From Nostoc sp. NIES-4103 (GTDB taxonomy: Bacteria; Cyanobacteriota; Cyanobacteriia; Cyanobacteriales; Nostocaceae): a DNA stretch of 32,000 nucleotides. The notes under the pieces were generated by a model that saw only the letters and a list, made by a program, of their open reading frames with translations, searched no databases and had not been told where the DNA came from. The number at the start of each line of letters is the position of its first letter. Position 1 is the first letter of the stretch. Below are positions 8,946 through 16,141 of this stretch, one piece after another. The stretch covers positions 1,187,343 through 1,219,342 of the forward strand of contig AP018288.1 in NCBI GenBank assembly GCA_002368335.1. Reading direction: 5' to 3'. The position numbers and the translations under genes are program-made.

Positions 8946-11492
8946 GTGGTGGAGTTTGTCGGACGTGAAACGGAACTGCAAAACCTGCACGAGATGTTGC
9001 AGCAAAATGATAGCGTAGCAATTACTGCTATAGCCGGAATGGGTGGACTGGGGAAAACAGAACTTGCTCTACAATATGCAAAGGCTCACCGTGAAACTTA
9101 CAACGGTGGAATTTGCTGGTTGTTTCCCAAAGTTGGGGATGTGGGGATTCAAATTGTCCAGTTTGCCAGAACTCACCTTGATTTAAACGTACCAGATAAT
9201 TTAACAGAAGATTCTAGCCAAAAATTACTTGCCCAAGTGCAATATTGCTTTCGCCTTTGGCGTGAGGGTGATGTGCTGCTAGTGTTGGATGATGTTAGCG
9301 ACTATGAGGAAGTAAAGCCTTATTTACTGTCGTTACCTTCTCGGTTTAAAGTGCTGATGACTACACGTCAGTATTTTGGAGGTATAGCACAATTATCTTT
9401 GGATGTGCTGCAACCAGAGGCGGCGCTGGAGTTATTAAAGTCAATTATTGGGGCGGAACGAATTGAACGAGAGAATGACCTAACCCCCCTACCCCCTTCC
9501 CTGGGAGGGAAGGGGGAGATTTGTTCCCCTCCCCTACAAGGGGAGGGGTTAGGGGAGAGGTCACGCGGGGAAATCGTTGCTTTGCAATTGTGTGAGTGGC
9601 TGGGATATTTGCCTTTGGGTTTGGAATTAGTGGGGCGATATCTGGCGCGGAAGCGGGATTTGTCCCTTACAGAAATGTTGCGGCGATTAAATCAAAAGCG
9701 ATTAGATGAGCGTTCCCTTTCTAAGTCTAAGTCAGAAGCAAACATGACAGCACAACGGGGTGTGTTAGCAGCTTTTGAGTTGAGTTGGCAAGAATTAGAG
9801 GATGCTGATAAAGAGTTGGGCTGTTTGCTGAGTTTATTCGCCGCTGCACCTATACCTTGGGATTTGGTAGAACAATGTTTACCAGAGGAAGACGAGGAAG
9901 AAATCGAAGAAATTAGAGATGAAAAGTTGTTGAATTTGCATTTACTCCAGCGTAAGGGTGAGGGAATTTATCAACTGCATCCACTACTGCGCGAGTTTTT
10001 CCAATATAAGCTTACAGGTTTAGAACGAGCAGAGGAATTTAAGCGATCGCTTTGCGAGGTAATGGTAGCTGTTGCCAAGGAGATTCCTGAAGATCCCATC
10101 CTTGAGCAAATCAACGCTGTTTCCCCTGCAATACCTCACATAGCTGAAGTAGCGAATCATCTCATTCAATACCTCAGCGATGATGATTTAATTTGGCCAT
10201 TCATCGGCAACGCTCGGTTTTACAATGGTCAAGGACTATATGACAAAGCAGCACCTTGGTTTGAGCAGTGTCTAGAAGTTACCAAAAAACGCTTGGGACT
10301 TGAGCATCCATTTGTTGCCACTAGCCTCAACAATCTGGGAGTACTTTACTATTCTCAAGGAAAGTACAGCCAAACCGAACCCCTGTACCTCCAAGCTTTG
10401 GAAATGAAACAACGCCTACTGGGAATTGAGCATCCTTTTTTTGCAGAAAGCCTTAACAATCTGGCGTATCTCTATTACTCTCAAGGAAAGTACAGCCAAG
10501 CCGAACCTCTATATCTCAAAGCTTTGGAAATTAACCAACGCTTACTGGGAATTGAACATCCATCTGTTGCACAAATCTTTAACAATTTAGGGAATCTCTA
10601 CTATTTTCAAGGAAAGTACAGCCAAGCCGAACTCATGTACCTCCAAGCCTTGGAAATGAGGCAACGCATACTAGGAATTGAGCATCCTGATTTAGCCACT
10701 AGCCTCAACAATCTGGCCTTACTCTACGATTCCCAAGGAAGATACAGCCAAGCCGAACCCCTGCTTCTGCAAGCGTTAAAAATGAGGCAACGCCTACTGG
10801 GAATTGAGCATCCTGATTTAGCAAATAGTCTGAACAATCTGGGGTTACTCTACAAATCCCAAGGAAAGTATAGCCAAGCCGAACCCCTAATTCTGGAAGC
10901 GTTAAAAATGAGGCAACGCCTACTGGGAATTGAGCATCCTGATGTTGCACTTAGCCTCAACAATCTAGCGGTACTCTACAAATCCCAAGGAAGATACAGC
11001 GAAGCCGAACCCCTATATCGCCAAGCGCTGGAAATGAACCAAAGCCTACTGGGGCTTGAACATCCTGATGTTGCACTTAGCCTCAACAATCTGGCAGGAC
11101 TCTACCATTCCCAAGAAAACTACAGCCAAGCCGAACCCCTCTATCTCCAAGCGCTGGAAATGAGGCAACGTCTACTGGGACAGGAACATCCATCTGTTGC
11201 AGAAAGCCTCAACAACCTGGCAAATCTCTACAATTCCCAAGAACAGTATAGCCAAGCCGAACCGTTGTATCTCAAAGCTTTGAAAATGAGGCAACGCCTA
11301 CTAGGACAAGAACATCCAGATGTCGCACAAAGTCTCAACAGCCTAGCAACACTCTACCAATCTCAAGAAAAATACAGCGAAGCCGAACCCCTCTACATCC
11401 AAGCTTTAGATATTTGTGAGCGACGCTTAGGACTAAATCACCCCAATACTGTTACTGTGCGTGAAAATTTAGCAGATTTGCGCGATGCCTGA
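8946..11492 (+). CDS. STAND NTPase: NB-ARC domain plus about 11 TPR (TPR_10/12, kinesin-light-chain type) repeats; NLR-like
   Basis: P-loop GMGGLGKTELA, Walker B LLVLDDV, RNBS-B-like MTTR, GLPL-like GYLPLGLELVG, then 42-aa repeats (HPxVAxSLNNLAxLYxSQGxYSxAEPLYxQALEMxQRLLG). GTG at 8946 is the only available start. Confidence 0.9.
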   Translation: MVEFVGRETELQNLHEMLQQNDSVAITAIAGMGGLGKTELALQYAKAHRETYNGGICWLFPKVGDVGIQIVQFARTHLDLNVPDNLTEDSSQKLLAQVQYCFRLWREGDVLLVLDDVSDYEEVKPYLLSLPSRFKVLMTTRQYFGGIAQLSLDVLQPEAALELLKSIIGAERIERENDLTPLPPSLGGKGEICSPPLQGEGLGERSRGEIVALQLCEWLGYLPLGLELVGRYLARKRDLSLTEMLRRLNQKRLDERSLSKSKSEANMTAQRGVLAAFELSWQELEDADKELGCLLSLFAAAPIPWDLVEQCLPEEDEEEIEEIRDEKLLNLHLLQRKGEGIYQLHPLLREFFQYKLTGLERAEEFKRSLCEVMVAVAKEIPEDPILEQINAVSPAIPHIAEVANHLIQYLSDDDLIWPFIGNARFYNGQGLYDKAAPWFEQCLEVTKKRLGLEHPFVATSLNNLGVLYYSQGKYSQTEPLYLQALEMKQRLLGIEHPFFAESLNNLAYLYYSQGKYSQAEPLYLKALEINQRLLGIEHPSVAQIFNNLGNLYYFQGKYSQAELMYLQALEMRQRILGIEHPDLATSLNNLALLYDSQGRYSQAEPLLLQALKMRQRLLGIEHPDLANSLNNLGLLYKSQGKYSQAEPLILEALKMRQRLLGIEHPDVALSLNNLAVLYKSQGRYSEAEPLYRQALEMNQSLLGLEHPDVALSLNNLAGLYHSQENYSQAEPLYLQALEMRQRLLGQEHPSVAESLNNLANLYNSQEQYSQAEPLYLKALKMRQRLLGQEHPDVAQSLNSLATLYQSQEKYSEAEPLYIQALDICERRLGLNHPNTVTVRENLADLRDA
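9476..9570. mobile_element. nested-palindrome small dispersed repeat inserted in frame inside the NB-ARC coding sequence
   Basis: Hairpins are ccccttccct-gg-gagggaagggg and cccctcccct-acaa-ggggagggg, flanked by gacctaacccc...ggggttagg..ggtc. It is translated as LTPLPPSLGGKGEICSPPLQGEGLGERS. The boundaries are approximate. Confidence 0.7.
10230..11480 (+). repeat. 126-nt (42-codon) tandem coding repeats encoding the TPR array
   Basis: Long near-identical stretches recur at a 126-nt period, for example aggcaacgcctactgggaattgagcatcctgat at 10786 and 10912. Confidence 0.85.
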
Positions 11493-11726
11493 CCTGACAA
11501 TAGTAAAAAATCCAGCCAGCAAGAAAGAATACATGTAACTATCAAATTGTCAAGTGCGATCGCTCAAATTCCAAGTTTCAAGTTCTGAACTCGGCGTTTT
11601 GTGTTCTGAATAGGACTCACGCAAAAAAGCTTTCAAACCTTCATTACTCTGTGTTACGGGCAGTCCGGTCTTGGTGTAGAAAAAATCAATTACGATAGTT
11701 TATAGAATTACATTTGCCAATTCTTT

Positions 11727-11945
11727 ATGTTAATTACATACACAGCAAAATATACAAAAATTGATAGCGGATATATGGGACAACTCATTGAATGGCAAGA
11801 AGTCATCACAGAAGGAGAAACTTTAGAAGAATGTAGAGCTATGTTACAAGACGCAACAAGAGAAATGATACTCGCCTATCGTCAACAAAATAAAGAAATT
11901 CCTACAGGTAATTCTTTACTAGAACAAATTCCTGTAGAGGTTTGA
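11727..11945 (+). CDS. hicB: HicB-family antitoxin
   Basis: 72 aa. YTAKYTKIDSGYMGQLIEWQEVITEGETLEECRAMLQDATREMILAY matches the HicB/UPF0150 fold pattern. It overlaps the hicA start. Confidence 0.8.
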   Translation: MLITYTAKYTKIDSGYMGQLIEWQEVITEGETLEECRAMLQDATREMILAYRQQNKEIPTGNSLLEQIPVEV

Positions 11946-12136
11946 GCGTGTCAGTCAAACGAAAAGATATTATTAAATATTTAGAAGAGAATGGATTTTA
12001 TCTGTTAAGAGAAGGAGGAAATCATTCCATTTATACTAATGACGTGAAAACTATTCCCGTCAAACGACATCGTACAATTGATCGCATTACTGCTAATGAA
12101 CTCTGCAAACAGGCAGGTTTGTTGCCTAAATTTTAA
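11942..12136 (+). CDS. hicA: HicA-family mRNA interferase toxin
   Basis: 64 aa. KRKDIIKYLEENGFYLLREGGNHSIYTN...IPVKRHRTIDRITANELCKQAGL is the typical YcfA/HicA pattern. The start is TTG 11942 or GTG 11948. Confidence 0.8.
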   Translation: MSVSVKRKDIIKYLEENGFYLLREGGNHSIYTNDVKTIPVKRHRTIDRITANELCKQAGLLPKF

Positions 12137-12364
12137 TTACTGGTAGTTCATGTTCCAGTTTTAACCCCAACAAAATCCAGTCTTCTAGTGTTGAGCGTAA
12201 CTCATCTTCACACTCGCGCAAAGTCAAGCCAAAAGCTACAACTCCCTGACAAGCAGGAATTCTAAGAAGCAAATGTGCCCTCTTCGAGCTTGTCATAAAC
12301 AGCTTGGGCGATCGCTCGATGAACATAGTCACTCAGAATAAACTGTATAGCCATGAAACTTTAT
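12126..12364 (-). pseudogene. frameshifted HicB-like antitoxin
   Basis: ATG at 12364 gives MAIQFILSDYVHRAIAQAVYDKLEEGTFAS* (stop at 12272-12274). A different frame continues ...RIPACQGVVAFGLTLRECEDELRSTLEDWILLGLKLEHELPVIKI. Together they resemble one HicB-like protein broken near 12275-12290. Confidence 0.6.
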
Positions 12365-12566
12365 ATTTTGCTGCTAGTTTAATCGTAATTGCCAACAAGT
12401 ACAAAGGCGAAGCGCGATCGCCATCAACTCTCAGTTCAGCAATACAAACAACTGAACATTTGTCAAGTAGTTGAAATAATGTTAACGTTTATGCTTAAAA
12501 TTGCTGAAAAGGTCAATTGAGCATGATCAGAGGTTCAGTTGATTATTTGCAGGACTCACGCAAGCC

Positions 12567-12953
12567 ATGCTGACTGATATTATACCTTTTCGTATCGAGA
12601 TAGACGTGATCGCCATCGCCGGAGCGAGTTTGTGGTCATTGGCGTTATATTTGGGTTTTTCTCCAGTCAGTGAATGGGTAATCGAGCAACTAAACCGCTG
12701 GTTTAACTTTGCCGAGCGATCGCTTTATACTAGCCAAACAGAATTTGAAAAGACTCGTCAAGCTAGAGAATCCCAAAACGCCTTTTACGCTTCCCTGTTC
12801 AGCATCGTGCCTTTTTTGGTCATTGGTGCTTTATGTAACTGGGGTGTAGAAATCAGTTTAGGTCGCAGTTGGGCAATTAGCATGGGCATATTAGCTTGTA
12901 TGGGTTGCGGCATTTATGAACTAGGGCGAAGAGATGGACAATCTTCGGATTAA
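12567..12953 (+). CDS. hypothetical membrane protein
   Basis: 128-aa ORF with hydrophobic segments (VIAIAGASLWSLALYLGF, LFSIVPFLVIGALCNWGV, WAISMGILACMGCGIY). Confidence 0.55.
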   Translation: MLTDIIPFRIEIDVIAIAGASLWSLALYLGFSPVSEWVIEQLNRWFNFAERSLYTSQTEFEKTRQARESQNAFYASLFSIVPFLVIGALCNWGVEISLGRSWAISMGILACMGCGIYELGRRDGQSSD

Positions 12954-12984
12954 AAACATTAATACAAAGCGATAGCAATACAAA

Positions 12985-13013
12985 GCGACAGCTTCCATGT
13001 AGTAAGCTGTCGC
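12985..13013. terminator. 10-bp perfect hairpin between convergent genes (no clear T-run)
   Basis: gcgacagctt-ccatgtagt-aagctgtcgc, preceded by the 16-nt direct repeat aatacaaagcga(t/c)agc. Confidence 0.4.
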
Positions 13014-13109
13014 ATCTAATTGAGAGTTCAACCTCTGTCGAGGTTTCCGTTAATGAGATTATTTACGCACTGGTTACCGGAATTCATCCACAACCAATGA
13101 CATAATCTA

Positions 13110-13982
13110 TCACTGATTAGCCTGATGAATTGCTAGGATATTTCCTGTTTTGCCTTTAATAGATTCAAATCTGACCAGCTCACCTGTATTTTGCACCTTG
13201 AAAAATTGATATCCAAGTTGCTTAAGAAAATTGAAAGCTCCATCAGATGACAAATTTAATCTTGTTGTTGCCTGAGAGTTGACCTCAAATATCACTATAG
13301 GTTTCATCCGGCTAAACAGTGAAGTTGCACCCCGAAAGACAAGTTCCTCTGCTCCCTCTACATCTATCTTGATAAAATCCACTCGCTCAATCCCCTCACG
13401 AGCCAACACATTATCGATAGTCGTGATCTGAACCTCTTCAAAACTTATTCCTTCACTTTTATCTGAACCCAAAGAATAACTAGTAGGAGCATTCTCAATA
13501 TGATACAACTGAGCTGTACCTTCTCGTTCGGACAGTGCCGTTTTGAATAACTTCACATTAGTCACTCCATTGATTTCTAGATTATGCTCAAGAGTTTTCA
13601 AAGATTCTACTCCTGGCTCAAAGGAAAGAACTAGTCCAGAATCTCCTACTAATTTGCTAGCTAACAATGTATAAATACCACAGTTAGCTCCTGCATCTAT
13701 GAACACTTGACCTGATGATAGAGTGCGCTCGATATACTCTAATTCAGGCTCATAAGTTTCGCGGAAAACAAAGAGACTAGTATTCCCTGTTCTATAAAAC
13801 CCAGGCGGTAAAAAGAACTTAACATTCCATTTTTTAACTGAAATCGTTTGTGGAATAGAAAGCTGACAAACTATCCACCAATATATTAAACGGTAAGTAA
13901 CTTTCAAAGGGGAGTCTTTAAAAGCTCTATGATTTGTTAAATAATTAACTTTATTCCGTAATTTTTTTGTGTTCATAGTCAA
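13110..13982 (-). CDS. FkbM-family SAM-dependent methyltransferase
   Basis: The SAM-binding motif FIDAGANCGIYTLLAS and VDFIKIDVEGAEELVF are typical of TIGR01444/FkbM. The gene and its upstream region are visibly AT-rich. Confidence 0.8.
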   Translation of the reverse strand: MTMNTKKLRNKVNYLTNHRAFKDSPLKVTYRLIYWWIVCQLSIPQTISVKKWNVKFFLPPGFYRTGNTSLFVFRETYEPELEYIERTLSSGQVFIDAGANCGIYTLLASKLVGDSGLVLSFEPGVESLKTLEHNLEINGVTNVKLFKTALSEREGTAQLYHIENAPTSYSLGSDKSEGISFEEVQITTIDNVLAREGIERVDFIKIDVEGAEELVFRGATSLFSRMKPIVIFEVNSQATTRLNLSSDGAFNFLKQLGYQFFKVQNTGELVRFESIKGKTGNILAIHQANQ

Positions 13983-14291
13983 TAAGGGTAAAAAGTTTTC
14001 ATTTTTATGACTACTTACTGTGTTTGTATTCAGTTGCCGAAATTAGGTGTAACTTTCAGCAAAATTATCTGTCTGAAAAAGCTTGGTGTGTCTAAAATTC
14101 TAGTAATTTCGAGCCTAAGTTGATTTATACAACAGGAGTGTTGCATCAATCAAAAATAGGGTATTCTTAGCAATAGGTCTGAAAAATCTACGCCATTTTT
14201 CTATTTTTTTATTTTTATATTAAGTTTTAGTATAAATCTTTGCTGCATTTTTAATTCACTCAAATAATAAGTTTACACTCATATAAAACTA

Positions 14292-14307
14292 AGTGATTCA
14301 TATCACA
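14292..14307. promoter_or_regulatory. CRP-like palindrome AGTGA-N6-TCACA
   Basis: agtgattcatatcaca has one mismatch to TGTGA-N6-TCACA. It lies in the AT-rich 428-nt gap about 310 nt upstream of the FkbM start. Confidence 0.35.
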
Positions 14308-14410
14308 TATTTAAAGTGAGCTAGATTACTGCATAGTAAATTATTTTATACTATGAAATCAATTTTGTTTTGTCTCGACTGAAAAAATTCAAAGATAAAC
14401 GCTAATCTCC

Positions 14411-15772
14411 CTACTTCCCCATTTCTTCACAAACAATCTGTGCTATTTTCTGGGCTGCGCCGCTTTCGCCACGGACGCTGTGCAGCTTGTTTCGCATATC
14501 GTCTAATTTTTCTGGATGAGCCAAAAAATCTAATACCATTTCTCCCACTTCTTGGGGCTGGAGTTTACCCACAAGTTCCGGCACTATCTCTTCCTGCGCC
14601 CAGATATTCGGCCATGCTAATAAACCTTTGCGTCTCAACACTAGCCAGTTAATCACCTTGGCAAAGTAGGAACCGACCCCTGGTAAATTAGCTAATAACC
14701 CTGGCAAACCATCCCAAGAACGCATGGCGTCAAGTTGTTGCGTCGGGAGCAAAACAATCATGGGCACACCTAAAGCACCGAGTTCAGCCGTGTTTGCCCC
14801 CACTGTAGTCAGACAGATGCAACACTGAGATAATAATCCATAGGCAGGGTTTTCTTGCCATAATTCTACAGATAAGCCCTTCTCTGTTTGCAGCACTGAC
14901 TTCTGTGTGCTTTCCTTTGAGACAATTAAGGAAGCACTATCAAAGCCAAAAGTTTTTACAAAAGGGTTTTTCTGCGGGTCGGCAAAACTAGCTAAAGTTT
15001 GTAAATCCAAAGTTGGGGCGACGGGAATCACAAACTTGGTTTGGGGAATTTTGGCGTGGATGTATTCGGCTATGGCTAAAGTTAATGGCACTCCTTGAGC
15101 TAATTTTGCCGCTTTTGAACCTGGCAAAATGCCGATGATTGGGGACTGGGGACTGGGTACTGGGGACTGGGGACTGGGGACTGGGGACTGGGTACTGGGG
15201 ACTGGGGACTGGGGACTGGGGACTGATGACTGTTGACTGTTGACTGTTGACTGTTGACTGTTGACTGTTGAGTGTTGACTACTAGCTTCTAACATCAAAT
15301 CTCCCACAACTGTGAATTTGTGGGCGTGTTTTTCAGAGACGTTTTTAGCGACTTGTGCTTTCATTACGCCAAAGCGGTCTATCCAGTTATGCCATCTGGC
15401 TTCCCATTCGGCGTAAACGACTGTGCGATATCCCAGTTTTTTACCAATGACTACAGGAAATATTTGATCCCCACCGAGGAAAACCACTACACCGCGACTT
15501 CTCCAATCCCAATTTTCAATAGTCTTACCCCAGAGCAAAAATTTCCAAAAATGCTCAGCAGCTTGAACTCTATCAACTTCCGGGTAAGAACGAGCGATCG
15601 CAGCTTCTTTACCACTAGCATTAGGACAAGGTGACAACACAACAGAAATCCTGACAACAGCACGGTCATCCCCTAATTCTTGCCGCAAAGCCTTTACCAC
15701 AGGACGCACCCAAGTTGTTACCTCTCCAGGCCCATTCGAGAGAATCAGTATATCAAACGGTTGGTTAGTCAT
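14411..15772 (-). CDS. lipid-A-disaccharide synthase (LpxB)-related glycosyltransferase carrying an in-frame heptamer-repeat insert
   Basis: 453-aa ORF. The N-terminus ILILSNGPGEVTTWVRPVVKAL and the overall layout recall the cyanobacterial LpxB-related family. The central low-complexity segment SQHSTVNSQQSTVNSQQSSVPSPQSPVPSTQSPVPSPQSPVPSPQSP is encoded by STRR units. Confidence 0.6.
   Translation of the reverse strand: MTNQPFDILILSNGPGEVTTWVRPVVKALRQELGDDRAVVRISVVLSPCPNASGKEAAIARSYPEVDRVQAAEHFWKFLLWGKTIENWDWRSRGVVVFLGGDQIFPVVIGKKLGYRTVVYAEWEARWHNWIDRFGVMKAQVAKNVSEKHAHKFTVVGDLMLEASSQHSTVNSQQSTVNSQQSSVPSPQSPVPSTQSPVPSPQSPVPSPQSPIIGILPGSKAAKLAQGVPLTLAIAEYIHAKIPQTKFVIPVAPTLDLQTLASFADPQKNPFVKTFGFDSASLIVSKESTQKSVLQTEKGLSVELWQENPAYGLLSQCCICLTTVGANTAELGALGVPMIVLLPTQQLDAMRSWDGLPGLLANLPGVGSYFAKVINWLVLRRKGLLAWPNIWAQEEIVPELVGKLQPQEVGEMVLDFLAHPEKLDDMRNKLHSVRGESGAAQKIAQIVCEEMGK
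15134..15280. repeat. 21 consecutive heptamers (GGGGACT/GGGTACT then GTTGACT) inside the CDS
   Basis: Counted directly: 21 x 7 = 147 nt = 49 codons, so the frame is preserved. Confidence 0.95.
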
Positions 15773-15774
15773 TG

Positions 15775-15906
15775 GTCAATAGTCAATAGTCAATAGTCAA
15801 CAGTCAATAGTTAGTAGTTCCCAGTTCCCAGTCCCCATTGCCCCTTATCCCCAGAGGGCCCCGAGTTCCCCAGTTCCCAGTCCCCAGTCCCCAATCCCCA
15901 ATCCCT
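15775..15906. repeat. STRR arrays (CAATAGT)n then (CCCAGTT/CCCAGTC/CCCCAAT)n
   Basis: Direct reading. The array starts 3 nt upstream of the LpxB-like start codon (15770-15772). Confidence 0.9.
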
Positions 15907-16141
15907 AATATTAAGTTTTCGTTACATAAATTGAAGTAATCACTTTTATAACCTGTCAATATTTATTAATAAATATTTCTTTTTTTATATCGAATTGTGT
16001 CAGATAAGGGATAAAATGCCCTCTGGGCAAGGTTTTTCTGATAAAAAACTCTATATTGCCTAAAGAGAAGAAGTGACCTGTGGCGGCATTAGCCGCTAAG
16101 AACTTCCAGTAGAGAACGCGCATCAAAGGAGCCGAGGAAGC

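Noticed and set aside
10705-10950. Minus-strand 81-aa ORF inside the TPR array.
   Set aside because: It is antisense to the repeated TPR codons. Its internal duplication simply mirrors the 126-nt repeat.
15134-15906. Possibility that the dense short repeats are CRISPR arrays (also those at 1639-1813 and 4661-4940).
   Set aside because: The units are 7 nt and directly abutting, with no unique spacers, and there are no cas genes. These are cyanobacterial STRR-type microsatellites.
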